Assembly (NCBI RefSeq): GCF_049278535.1
Contig: NZ_JBAPMI010000157.1
Span: 2,792-66,791 of the forward strand
DNA length: 64,000 nucleotides
Reading direction: 5' to 3'
DNA from: Mycobacterium sp.
GTDB lineage: Bacteria > Actinomycetota > Actinomycetes > Mycobacteriales > Mycobacteriaceae
The position numbers and the translations under genes were made by a program. This document shows positions 1-9,252 of this stretch, piece by piece (positions within the stretch are counted from its first letter, which is position 1; every line of letters starts with the position of its first letter). The notes below the pieces were generated by a model. That model did no database searches. It was not told the DNA's origin and worked only from the letters and a program-made list of their open reading frames with translations.

Positions 1-402
1 TTGTGCAGGTTGACCGCCGCGGGCTGGGATCGCGATGATCACGTGGTGCTCGTGGCGGCCGGCACCCGCGACCCACGGGCACGCGGCGAGCTGCGGTTCA
101 CCGCCGCGTCGTTGTCTGCGCTGGTTGGCCACCGGGTGTCCACCGCGTTCGCCGCGCCGTGTCGCGACGGGTCGGGCTATCCTTCCGTGGCTGATGTCGT
201 GGTGAGGGCCCGTCGGTCTGGCGCCCGTCGGGTCGCGTTGGCGTCATATCTGTTGGCGGACGGATTGTTTCAGAGTCGTCTACATTTGGCCGGCGCCGAC
301 GTGGTGAGCGCGCCGCTCGGTTTGCATCCCGCGGTGATCCGGTTGGCCTGCCGTCGCCGCCGGGAAGCGGTGCTGCCGGGGTTCGCGTGCGTGCCGGGGT
401 AG
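1..402 (+). CDS. CbiX/SirB-type sirohydrochlorin ferrochelatase, C-terminal part (5' end outside window)
   Basis: Frame is open from position 1 to TAG at 400-402. VVLVAAGTRDPRA and SYLLADGLF segments resemble CbiX-type chelatases. It lies next to siroheme-dependent nirBD. Family call from memory. Confidence 0.45.
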   Translation: MCRLTAAGWDRDDHVVLVAAGTRDPRARGELRFTAASLSALVGHRVSTAFAAPCRDGSGYPSVADVVVRARRSGARRVALASYLLADGLFQSRLHLAGADVVSAPLGLHPAVIRLACRRRREAVLPGFACVPG

Positions 403-813
403 CTGCCGGTCAGGCGGAAAACCCGCGCGGCGGTAGCCGAAGCGAATGTCGGGGGAGTTGGCGACCCACACCGTGCCGTCCACGCCGACTCGGGTTGCGT
501 AGACCGGAATGGAGATTCCCTCGGCGTCGAGGCACCGGCCGTCGAGCAGGCTGAAAGCTTGCTTCTTCAGCGGGGATTGGATGATGGGAACACCTGCGCG
601 GTCGCCGACAATGCCACGCGACAACACGGCGGCCCGGCCGATCGGATCAATATTTCCGACAGCGCGAATACTGTTGTCGGCCAACACAAAAAGCGCGACC
701 TGCGCGCTGTCGGGCAGGAGAACCGCCACGCCACGCATCGGCTGAAGCCGCGTGGCCGGGCAGGCGGCGGTCCAGTCGTGACGCCAGCGGCCGAGATCGA
801 ATGACGTTGCCAT
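280..813 (-). CDS. nirD: nitrite reductase small subunit NirD (with unusual C-terminal extension)
   Basis: ATG at 813 lies 1 nt after the nirB stop. The Rieske-like NirD core (VALFVL...AVGNIDPIGRAAVLSRGIVGD...IQSPLKKQAF) parallels M. tuberculosis NirD. The frame stays open about 55 codons beyond the usual end. Confidence 0.8.
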   Translation of the reverse strand: MATSFDLGRWRHDWTAACPATRLQPMRGVAVLLPDSAQVALFVLADNSIRAVGNIDPIGRAAVLSRGIVGDRAGVPIIQSPLKKQAFSLLDGRCLDAEGISIPVYATRVGVDGTVWVANSPDIRFGYRRAGFPPDRQLPRHAREPRQHRFPAATAGQPDHRGMQTERRAHHVGAGQM

Positions 814-814
814 G

Positions 815-3349
815 TCAGTGGTTCCTCACGGTAGGCGTGCCGAGCAGGACGGGCACCTTGCGCCCGTTCTTCTCGCCGAATTCGACGGTCGGGTCGGGCG
901 CGCCGGGCGCGTTGACGAACGACACGAACCGGGCAAGCTTGTCCGGGTCGTCGAGAACGGCTTTCCATTCGCAGATGTAGCCGTCCACGTGGCGCTCCAT
1001 TGCCGCCTCGAAATCGGCTGCCAGACCAAGGGAGTCGTCGATGATTACTTCCCGCAGGTGGTCCAGCCCCCCGTCGAGCTCGTCAAGCCATGACGCTGTG
1101 CGTTGCAACCGGCTGGCGGTGCGGATGTAGTACATGAGGAAGCGATCGACGTAGCGCACCAGGGTTTCGTTGTCGAGGTCGGAGGCGAGCAGCTGGGCGT
1201 GTTTGGGTGTCATGCCGCCGTTGCCGCCGACGTACAGGTTCCAGCCTGCCTCGGTGGCGATCACGCCCACATCTTTTCCGCGCGCCTCCGCACACTCGCG
1301 GGCGCAGCCCGACACGGCCATCTTGATCTTGTGCGGTGCTCGCAGTCCGCGGTAGCGCAGCTCCAGATCGATGGCCATCTGGACGGAATCCTGCTGGCCA
1401 TAGCGGCACCAATCGGTGCCGACACAACTCTTGACGGTGCGTAACGCCTTGCCGTAGGCGTGCCCGGATTCCATGCCGCCCTCGACGAGTCTGACCCAGA
1501 TCTGCGGGAGTTGGTCGACGGTGGCGCCGAACATGTCGATCCGTTGGCCGCCGGTGATTTTGGTGTATAGCCCGAAATCGCGTGCGATCTCACCGATCAG
1601 GATCAACTGCTCCGGCGTGATGTCGCCGCCGGGCACCCGCGGAACCACCGAGTAGGTGCCATTGCGTTGGAGGTTGGCGAGGAAATGGTCGTTGGTGTCC
1701 TGCAGCGACGCCTGCTCCCCGTCGAGGATGTGCTCGGAGCTGGTGGAGGCAAGAATCGACGCCACCACCGGTTTGCAGATGTCGCAGCCGGTGCCCGTGC
1801 CGTAGCGCTCGATCAAGCTGGAGAACGTGCGTACGCCACTGGCCTGCACGATCTCGAACAGCTCGGTCCGGGACGCAGAGAAGTGCTCGCACAACGCTTT
1901 CGATACCTCGACACCTTCGGCGGCGAGCAGTTGTGACAGCAGCGGTACGCACGACCCGCACGACGTGCCCGCAGAGGTAAGGTTTTTGAGGTCGGCCACG
2001 GTGCCCGAACCCTCGGCGATCGCCGCGCACAACGCCGACTTGGCGACGTTGTTGCATGAGCAGATCTGCGCGTCGTGGGGGAGTGCACCCACGCCGATCG
2101 CGGGCACGTCGCCGGCGCCGGCCGGGGCGATCAGGGCCACCGGGTCGCCGGGCAGCTGCGATCCGACCAGCGGCCGCAACACCCCGTAGCTGGATGCGTC
2201 GCCGACCAGGATGCCGCCGAGCAGGGTTTGCGCGTCGTCGGAGAGCACCAGCTTGGCGTAGGTGCCACCGATCGGGTCGGACACCACCACCTCCAGTGCG
2301 CCCGGCGTGGTGCCCAGCGCGTCGCCGAAGCTGGCAACGTCGACCCCGAGCAGCTTGAGTTTGGTGGACAGATCGGCACCGGGGAACTCCGCGTCGCCGC
2401 CGAGTAGCCGGTCGGCGACCACTTCGGCGGTCGTGTAACCGGGGCCGACCAAGCCGTAGCAGCGGCCTTCGATCGCCGCCACCTCGCCGATGGCGTAGAT
2501 ATCGGGTTCGCTTGTGGTGCAGGTTAAGTCGCATACAATGCCGCCGCGCTCGGCGGTGCCGAGGCCGGCCGCCCGGGCCAGATCGTCGCGTGGCCGAACT
2601 CCGGCCGAGAAGACCAGCAGCGCGGCGTCGATCACCTCGTCGTTGCTCAGGGTGACGCGAAGCCGATTGGCGCCCTCGCCGGCGATCTGCTCGATGGCCG
2701 AAGTACCCGCGCCGACGGTGACGCCGATGCCCAGCTCGCGCACCGAACGCAACAGGTGCTCGCCGCCGGCCTGGTCGACCTGCAGCGGCATCAGCCGCGG
2801 CGCGAATTCGACCACATGCGGCCGCATTCCGAGCAGTCGTAACGCGTTGGCTGCCTCCAGACCGAGCAGCCCGCCACCGACGACGATGCCGACGGCCCCG
2901 GGGTCGGCGGCCAGTGCGACCTCGGCGTCGGCGCGGATCGCATCCAGGTCGTCCAAGGTCCGGTACACGTGACAGCCGGCCGAATCCTTGCCGGGCACCG
3001 GCGGGACGAAGGGGTAAGAGCCGGTGGCCAATACCAGTGCGTCGTATTCCAGTGCCGATCCGTCGGCGGCGACGAGACGTTTGCCGTTGCGGTCGATGCC
3101 GGTCACCGCGTTCCCGAGGCGAAGCTCGACGAGATGGTCGCCGGCATAGTCGTTTCCGCTGAGCGCCAGCAGCGAGCGGTCCCAGGCGCCCACGTAGGAC
3201 GACAAGCCGACCCGGTCGTAGGCCGCATCGGGCTCCTCGCCGAACACGACAACCCGCCATTCGCCGTCGGTGTCGCGGGCGCGCAGCGCTTCGACGAAGC
3301 GGTGCCCCACCATGCCATGCCCGATAACCGCCACCGTGCGTTGACGCAC
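815..3349 (-). CDS. nirB: NAD(P)H-dependent nitrite reductase large subunit NirB
   Basis: Rossmann motif VAVIGHGMVGHRF, BFD-like CSCNNV, and siroheme/4Fe-4S motifs SCVGTDWCRYG and SGCARECAEA. GTG at 3349 has AAGGAG 7 nt upstream, so the track ORF extension to 3451 is not needed. Confidence 0.9.
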   Translation of the reverse strand: MRQRTVAVIGHGMVGHRFVEALRARDTDGEWRVVVFGEEPDAAYDRVGLSSYVGAWDRSLLALSGNDYAGDHLVELRLGNAVTGIDRNGKRLVAADGSALEYDALVLATGSYPFVPPVPGKDSAGCHVYRTLDDLDAIRADAEVALAADPGAVGIVVGGGLLGLEAANALRLLGMRPHVVEFAPRLMPLQVDQAGGEHLLRSVRELGIGVTVGAGTSAIEQIAGEGANRLRVTLSNDEVIDAALLVFSAGVRPRDDLARAAGLGTAERGGIVCDLTCTTSEPDIYAIGEVAAIEGRCYGLVGPGYTTAEVVADRLLGGDAEFPGADLSTKLKLLGVDVASFGDALGTTPGALEVVVSDPIGGTYAKLVLSDDAQTLLGGILVGDASSYGVLRPLVGSQLPGDPVALIAPAGAGDVPAIGVGALPHDAQICSCNNVAKSALCAAIAEGSGTVADLKNLTSAGTSCGSCVPLLSQLLAAEGVEVSKALCEHFSASRTELFEIVQASGVRTFSSLIERYGTGTGCDICKPVVASILASTSSEHILDGEQASLQDTNDHFLANLQRNGTYSVVPRVPGGDITPEQLILIGEIARDFGLYTKITGGQRIDMFGATVDQLPQIWVRLVEGGMESGHAYGKALRTVKSCVGTDWCRYGQQDSVQMAIDLELRYRGLRAPHKIKMAVSGCARECAEARGKDVGVIATEAGWNLYVGGNGGMTPKHAQLLASDLDNETLVRYVDRFLMYYIRTASRLQRTASWLDELDGGLDHLREVIIDDSLGLAADFEAAMERHVDGYICEWKAVLDDPDKLARFVSFVNAPGAPDPTVEFGEKNGRKVPVLLGTPTVRNH

Positions 3350-3417
3350 TGCTGCGCTCCTTTCCCGGTTCTGCAGGTCGACGCTAGAAGTCCTGTATTG
3401 CGACCGCGTCGCACTGG

Positions 3418-3433
3418 GTTGCCGCCCCGTCAC
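3418..3433 (-). promoter_or_regulatory. candidate GlnR box upstream of nirB
   Basis: The minus strand reads GTGAC-GGGGCG-GCAAC. This fits the actinobacterial GlnR half-site pair gTnAc-n6-GnAAc and lies about 70-85 nt upstream of the nirB GTG. Confidence 0.3.
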
Positions 3434-3472
3434 GCCTTTCTCACGCCGCATGACGTGTGCGCGTGAGGAGGT

Positions 3473-5233
3473 CTATCCGAGCCGCTCGACCAGCGCCCCC
3501 TCGGCCGAATCCGGCGGGATCAGGGCCAGGCCACGTCGCCCCACCATGGCCGCGAGATGTGATGTCGCGGCGTGTTTCGGCGCCGCCCATGCGCCGTTGC
3601 CGTCAGGTTCGACGGGAACCACCCGCCACCGATCGGTGCGAGCCACGCCGTGTACCGAAATCAGCTCGGCGGCGGCGGGCTCGGCCGCGGTGAGTGCGTC
3701 GATGAGAACCGGACCCAGCAGGGCCACACCGGCGATCGCCGCCAGCGGGTTGCCGCCGACGCCGAGCAGCACCCGCGCACCGGAGCCGTTGCCGGGCAGT
3801 GTCGCGACCAGAACCGACCCGCCGGGACGCATGGCCACCCCATCGGCGACCACAAAGCCGCCGGCCCGGGCGATCGCGCCGCGCAGATGGTCGGCCACCC
3901 CTCGACCGGTGGCGCCGATGATGACGACCAAGTCAACCTCACCGGTCAGAGCGAATTGCAGGGCGTCCGGATCATCGGGCAGATGCGCACCGGTGTGGAC
4001 GACGGCACCCAATTTGCGTAACCGGGCGGTGACCGGCCCGGCTGCGGTCTCGGGCAGTACCGGCTGTGCAGGATCGTAAACCTTTGCACCGAAATCGATT
4101 TCATCGCCCGAACTGTGGACTGCAGCCCGCACCGGCCCACGGACCATCAGGCGCTCGACTCCGGCCGAGCAGGCCAGCGATGCCAGGGCTTCGTCGACCC
4201 CGGTACCGCTCGATGCCAGCACCGCGCCGGTTTCCCACTCGCTTCCGCGGCGACGGGTGTCGTCGCGGTCCGCGGGGCCGGATGCGCAGGGGTACACCAG
4301 TTGGCCGGTCGCGTCGACCTCCTCGTCGCGGATCACCCGTTGCGCACCCTCGGGCAGGCGGGCACCGGTGGCGATGCGACGGGCCTGCCCGTCGGCCAGT
4401 GCGCCACTGTGCATTCCGGCGGCGACGGCATCGTCCCGCGGAATCCACGGACCGGGCCCGGCTACGGCCCAGCCATCCATTGCCGACGCATCGAACGGGG
4501 GAAACGGTGTTGCGGCCGTGAGCGGTTCGGCGAGCACCGCGCCGATCGCGTCCTCCAGCCTGCGCTCGACGACGGGTAGCCGACCGATTGCGGCGGATAC
4601 GGCCGCGCGGACGCTGTCGGGCGTGCGGTCGGCCTTGGCACGGGCAGCGGCGAGTTGCTCGGGTGTGTCGACGTCGAAGACGTCGGCCACCCGAGCGGTT
4701 ACCCGGTTGCCCGGCAGTAGGTCTCGCATTCGCGCCGGGTAGGCGGTGAGCGCGGCTGCCAACGCCGCCGAATCCCATACCGCAGTAAGGTATTGGAGGC
4801 GGCCGCTGTCGTCGACGGCAAGGGCGACCGGCGCGTCGCGGCGGGCCGCGGCCAGTGCCGTCACGGCATCCCGTGTGATGGACGGCAGGTCGGCCGCGAG
4901 CACCACGATATCGGCGGGCCCACCGGGCAGCGCCGCAAAGCCCGCAGCGAGCGCGGCGACGGGACCGCGGCCTGGCGGGTCTTCGCGCACCACGATTACT
5001 GCGGACGGCACATCGCGCGGTGGGCCCACCACGACAACGGTGTCGGCATCTGCCACCGCTCCCAGCGCGATGTCGAGCAGCCGCCGTCCGCCGACCCGCT
5101 GCTCCGGCTTGTCCGCGCCGAGGCGCGTCGAGGCCCCGCCGGCAAGCACGATGGCGCGCAGGGGTCGGCGCTGCGCGGCTCGGGCGTCGGAAACCGGTGG
5201 GCGGCTTGCGGCATGCGGAGCGGCGGTGCTCAA
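3473..5233 (-). CDS. MobA-like molybdenum cofactor guanylyltransferase fused to MoeA-like molybdopterin molybdenumtransferase
   Basis: The N-terminal part (RAIVLAGGASTRLGADK...VVLAADLP) is MobA-like. The remainder (FPPFDASAMDGWAV..., IIGATGRG) is MoeA-like. The proposed TTG start at 5233 overlaps the nasN TGA (TTGA). The track ORF upstream of 5233 overlaps nasN in another frame. Confidence 0.7.
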   Translation of the reverse strand: MSTAAPHAASRPPVSDARAAQRRPLRAIVLAGGASTRLGADKPEQRVGGRRLLDIALGAVADADTVVVVGPPRDVPSAVIVVREDPPGRGPVAALAAGFAALPGGPADIVVLAADLPSITRDAVTALAAARRDAPVALAVDDSGRLQYLTAVWDSAALAAALTAYPARMRDLLPGNRVTARVADVFDVDTPEQLAAARAKADRTPDSVRAAVSAAIGRLPVVERRLEDAIGAVLAEPLTAATPFPPFDASAMDGWAVAGPGPWIPRDDAVAAGMHSGALADGQARRIATGARLPEGAQRVIRDEEVDATGQLVYPCASGPADRDDTRRRGSEWETGAVLASSGTGVDEALASLACSAGVERLMVRGPVRAAVHSSGDEIDFGAKVYDPAQPVLPETAAGPVTARLRKLGAVVHTGAHLPDDPDALQFALTGEVDLVVIIGATGRGVADHLRGAIARAGGFVVADGVAMRPGGSVLVATLPGNGSGARVLLGVGGNPLAAIAGVALLGPVLIDALTAAEPAAAELISVHGVARTDRWRVVPVEPDGNGAWAAPKHAATSHLAAMVGRRGLALIPPDSAEGALVERLG

Positions 5234-8200
5234 TAGACGTCCCGCACATAGCGCCGCTCGGCCGACATCGCCTGCAGATACGTGGCCGCGCTTTTCGGAC
5301 TGCGACCGCTCTGCTGAGCGATGATGCCGCGCAGGGTCTCCTCGACGTCGCGGGCCATCCGCGCGGCGTCCCCGCACACGTACACGTAGGCGCCGTCGGC
5401 GACCCATTTCCACAGGTCGGTGGCATTCTCTTGCATGCGGTCCTGGACGTAGAGCTTGGTGGCGCCGTCGCGAGAGAACGCGGTGTCGATCCGGGTCAGC
5501 ACGCCCGACTGGGCGAAGGTATCCAGCTCGTCGCGGTAGTAGAACTCGGTGGCTTCGTGGCGTTCGCCGAAGAACAGCCAGTTGTCGCCGGTGTGCCCGC
5601 GTGCGGCCCGGTCGTGCAGAAATCCGCGGAACGGCGCGATTCCGGTTCCGGGGCCGATCATGATCGTCCGCGCATCCGGATCCTGCGGCGGGCGAAAGTG
5701 CTTGGTGCGCTGGATGAAGACATCCACCTCGGCGCCGGTCTCCAGGGTTGCCAGGTAACCGGAGCACACGCCGTGTCGCAGCGTACCGGCCGACGACTCG
5801 AAGCGAACAACGCCCGGGGTCACCTGCACCTGCGTCGGGTCTTCGAGCGGACTCGACGAGATCGAGTACAGCCGGGGTGCCAACGGTCGCAGCACACTGA
5901 GCCACTCGTCGAGTTCCGCCTGGACGGGGTAATCGCCCAGCAGATCCAGAGTTTGGCGTCCCCAGGTCCACTCGGCGAAGCGGGGGGAGTCATCGATCGC
6001 GACCCGCAAGTCTTCGGCCGGATGCCGTTCGTGCACGAACCGCAATAGGTCCGGCGTGATTCGGGTGATGTCCAGCCGTCGAGCGAGCGCCTCCGCAAGT
6101 AGCATCGTCTCTTCACCCACGCCGATCTCGACGGAGCCGTCCAGGCCGGTGAGGTCGAGAAACTCGGAGACGGTCTCGGGGTGGTTGTGCGGCCACACGC
6201 CGAGTGCGTCGCCGGCGTTGTACTCCAGAGTGCCCTCAGGCAAACGAAATCCGATGCTGCGTACATCCTTGTCAGAACCCGCACCGCACAGCGAGACGTT
6301 GCTGGTTATCGTCGTCCGAAGTGGGTTGGCGCGCGAATACGACTGTGCTGTTACCGGCTTCGACTCCTTCGCACCCGAGCGGACATCGCTCAACACTGAG
6401 ATGACGCGGTCGGTCCAGGACTGTGCGGTCGCCTCGAAGTCCGGTTCACACAACGCGCGGTCAACGATGCGGTGGGCACCCAGGTGTTCGAGCCGGGCAT
6501 CGAGCTTGCGGGCAAAGCCGCAGAAATCGGCGTACGACGAGTCGCCGAATCCGAGAACCGAGAATGTGAGGTTGTCGAGGTCGCCGGGCTCAGCGGCCGC
6601 CAGCGCGTCCCATAGCGCGATCCCGTTGTCGGGGGGATCGCCGTCGCCGGTGGTCGACACCGCGAACAGCAGAGTGCCAGTCAGATCGGCCACCGCGACT
6701 TCTTCGGCCCCGCGCAAACGCGCCGCAACACCTGCACCGTTGAGTTTTTCGACGCAGGTCGCGGCGAACTCCTCGGCCGTACCGGTCTGTGATGCCCACA
6801 CCACCGTCGCTAACGGCTGGCCGGCGACATGCCCGGGTGTGGACGCCGTTGGTATTGCGGACCTGGAGAAGATTCCGGCCAGCACGCCGTCAATCCATAC
6901 CCGATTTCGCGGCGAGAGCGGCGTCACGGCGGGCAGCAGCGGCACCTCGTCGCTGGGCGGATTCGCGCGAATACCGCTCACCAGGCCAGACAGGAACAGC
7001 CGTTCGTCGGCGCTCAGCGTCGCCGACGACGGGAGCGTGCTCAGCAGCGCAGCGAGTGCGTCGACCGGCGCTCGAGCCTTTTGAGACGTGAGTTGATTTG
7101 CGACACTGCCGGATTCGATCGGGGTGACTGCGACAGCGCACACTTTGAATTCCGGCTGCAGCGAGTCGGCGTCGACCGCGTCGTTGGTCACCGCATTGAC
7201 GGCGACGTCGGGCGCGAAAGCGTCGGCCCAGTGCATCGGGGCGAAACACACGCCAGGGCGTACCGCATCGTCGACAGCGGCCGCGAGCACGGCACGACCA
7301 CGGCGGGAACGGATTTCGACGCGGTCGCCGTCGCTGACACCGAGCCGGTCGGCGTCTCCCGGATGCAGCTGCAGGAACGGTTCGGGATTGAGTTTGTTGA
7401 GTTTGGCGACACGCCCGGTTTTGGTCATGGTGTGCCATTGGTGCGCCAGCCTGCCGGTGGTGAACACCATCGGAAACTCGTCATCTGGCAGTTCGGCCGC
7501 GGGGAGGTAAGGCCGGGGCAGAAACCGGGCGCGACGGCTCGGCGTCGGGAAGGCCAGCGCCGGTATCGTGCCGTCGTCGGCGGTATGCAGATCTTGACTG
7601 ACGCCGTCGTTTCGGTAGCGGATCGGGTTGCGGTCCTCGCAACCGGGCGGCGCGGGCCACTGGACCGGGCCGCGGCGCAGCCGTTGGTGATCCACTCCGC
7701 GCAGATCCCAACCGGTGCACGGATTGTGGAAAGTGGCCAGCTCGTCGAAAACAGCTGCAGCCGAATCGAAGTCGAAACCAGGGTAGCCCATCGCGGTCGC
7801 GACCCGGCAGATCAGCTGCCAGTCCGGGGCGGCCTCGCCGGGCGGGTCCATCGCGGCCCCGCAATGCGTGAGGGTGCGTTCGCTGTTGACCATCACACCG
7901 TCGGCCTCGGCCCACAGCGCCGCGGGCAACACCACGTCGGCGTATTCGGAGGTCTCCGCGCCGGCGAACGCCTCCTGGACCACCACCAGCTCGGCACGCT
8001 GTAGACCGGCGATTACCGAGGCTCGATTCGAAACGGAGGCAACGGGGTTGGTGCAGATGATCCACGCTGCCCGGATCTCGCCGTCGGCCATCCGCCGGTA
8101 CATGTCGACTGTGCCGGTTCCACCCTCGGCGCGAATCGTGCCGGATTCCAGTTCCCATCGGGCCTCGACGAACGCGCGGTCGTCGGGATCCAGTGCCGAC

Positions 8201-9252
8201 CGCTGTCCGGGCAGGCCTGGACCCATGTATCCCATTTCCCGGCCGCCCATCGCGTTCGGCTGGCCGGTCAGCGAGAACGGGCCCGCACCGGGTCGGCATA
8301 TCGCGCCGGTGGCCAGGTGCAAATTGCACAAGGCGTTGGTGTTCCAAGTTCCGTGGGTGGACTGGTTGAGGCCCATGGTCCACAGGCTCACCCAGTTCCT
8401 CGTCCCGCAGATCAGCTCCGCCACGGTCCGCAGATCCGCCTCACTCAGGCCGGTGATGTCGGCGACGAGGTCGGCCGGATATTCGTCGAGCAGGGCATCC
8501 AGCGGCTCCCAGCCCTCGGTGTAGGCGGCGACGAAGTCGGTGTCCACACCATCGGCGTCGCGCACCAGCCGCAGCAGACCGTTGAGCAGGGCCAGGTCGG
8601 TGCCCGGGCGGATCGGGAGGTGCAGGTCGGCTTTGGCGGCAGTGGCCGTCCGGCGGGGGTCGACGACCACCAGTTTGGCGCCGTCCCGGACGCGGTCCAT
8701 CATCCGCAGGTAAAGGATCGGATGGCAGTCGGCCATGTTGGCGCCCAGCACCAGAAACAAGTCTGCGGTGTCCAGGTCGTCATAGCTGCCGGGCGGACCG
8801 TCGGCGCCGAGCGACTGCTTGTAGCCCGTCCCGGCGCTGGCCATGCACAGCCGCGAGTTGGACTCGATCCACTGCGTCCGCAGATACCCCTTGGCCAGTT
8901 TGTTGGCCAGATACTGTGCTTCGGTGGTCATTTGACCCGACACGTACAGGGCGATGGCGTCCGGTCCGTGTTCGTCGCGGATCGCCGACAGCCGGGCGGC
9001 CACCTCTGCGATCGCGGTTTCCACCGCGATCGGCTCGGCCTCGACGCCGCGCTGTCGCCGGCGAAGGGCATTATCCAGGCGTCCGCCGGCACGCAGCATG
9101 TCGGCTGTGGTGTTGCCTTTGGTGCACAATCGCCCGCGGTTGGCGGGATGGTCGGCGCGCCCGGTCGCCTTGGTCACCACGCCGTCGGCCACATGCAGGT
9201 CCATGCCGCAACCCACACCGCAGTACCCACACACCGTGGCGACCGTCGTCAT
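5230..9252 (-). CDS. nasN: assimilatory nitrate reductase, NasN-type (molybdopterin oxidoreductase fused to flavodoxin/FAD/NADPH diflavin reductase)
   Basis: N-terminal 4Fe-4S motif CGYCGVGCG is followed by a bis-MGD oxidoreductase body. The C-terminal part has flavodoxin (VVWASQTGTAEEFA), FAD (RLYSISSSP) and NADPH (GPGTGIAPFRGF) modules. ATG at 9252 is preceded by GAAGGTGG. Confidence 0.85.
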   Translation of the reverse strand: MTTVATVCGYCGVGCGMDLHVADGVVTKATGRADHPANRGRLCTKGNTTADMLRAGGRLDNALRRRQRGVEAEPIAVETAIAEVAARLSAIRDEHGPDAIALYVSGQMTTEAQYLANKLAKGYLRTQWIESNSRLCMASAGTGYKQSLGADGPPGSYDDLDTADLFLVLGANMADCHPILYLRMMDRVRDGAKLVVVDPRRTATAAKADLHLPIRPGTDLALLNGLLRLVRDADGVDTDFVAAYTEGWEPLDALLDEYPADLVADITGLSEADLRTVAELICGTRNWVSLWTMGLNQSTHGTWNTNALCNLHLATGAICRPGAGPFSLTGQPNAMGGREMGYMGPGLPGQRSALDPDDRAFVEARWELESGTIRAEGGTGTVDMYRRMADGEIRAAWIICTNPVASVSNRASVIAGLQRAELVVVQEAFAGAETSEYADVVLPAALWAEADGVMVNSERTLTHCGAAMDPPGEAAPDWQLICRVATAMGYPGFDFDSAAAVFDELATFHNPCTGWDLRGVDHQRLRRGPVQWPAPPGCEDRNPIRYRNDGVSQDLHTADDGTIPALAFPTPSRRARFLPRPYLPAAELPDDEFPMVFTTGRLAHQWHTMTKTGRVAKLNKLNPEPFLQLHPGDADRLGVSDGDRVEIRSRRGRAVLAAAVDDAVRPGVCFAPMHWADAFAPDVAVNAVTNDAVDADSLQPEFKVCAVAVTPIESGSVANQLTSQKARAPVDALAALLSTLPSSATLSADERLFLSGLVSGIRANPPSDEVPLLPAVTPLSPRNRVWIDGVLAGIFSRSAIPTASTPGHVAGQPLATVVWASQTGTAEEFAATCVEKLNGAGVAARLRGAEEVAVADLTGTLLFAVSTTGDGDPPDNGIALWDALAAAEPGDLDNLTFSVLGFGDSSYADFCGFARKLDARLEHLGAHRIVDRALCEPDFEATAQSWTDRVISVLSDVRSGAKESKPVTAQSYSRANPLRTTITSNVSLCGAGSDKDVRSIGFRLPEGTLEYNAGDALGVWPHNHPETVSEFLDLTGLDGSVEIGVGEETMLLAEALARRLDITRITPDLLRFVHERHPAEDLRVAIDDSPRFAEWTWGRQTLDLLGDYPVQAELDEWLSVLRPLAPRLYSISSSPLEDPTQVQVTPGVVRFESSAGTLRHGVCSGYLATLETGAEVDVFIQRTKHFRPPQDPDARTIMIGPGTGIAPFRGFLHDRAARGHTGDNWLFFGERHEATEFYYRDELDTFAQSGVLTRIDTAFSRDGATKLYVQDRMQENATDLWKWVADGAYVYVCGDAARMARDVEETLRGIIAQQSGRSPKSAATYLQAMSAERRYVRDVY

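Noticed and set aside
1590-3260. 556-aa minus-strand ORF, extremely Arg/Gly/Pro-rich
   Set aside because: It lies entirely inside nirB in another frame. Its composition is typical of off-frame translation of GC-rich coding DNA, and nirB has clear motifs.
5234-5971. N-terminal 246 codons of the 832-aa track ORF (3473-5971)
   Set aside because: This part overlaps the 3' end of nasN in a different frame and has junk-like composition. The MobA-like sequence begins only after the TTG at 5233.
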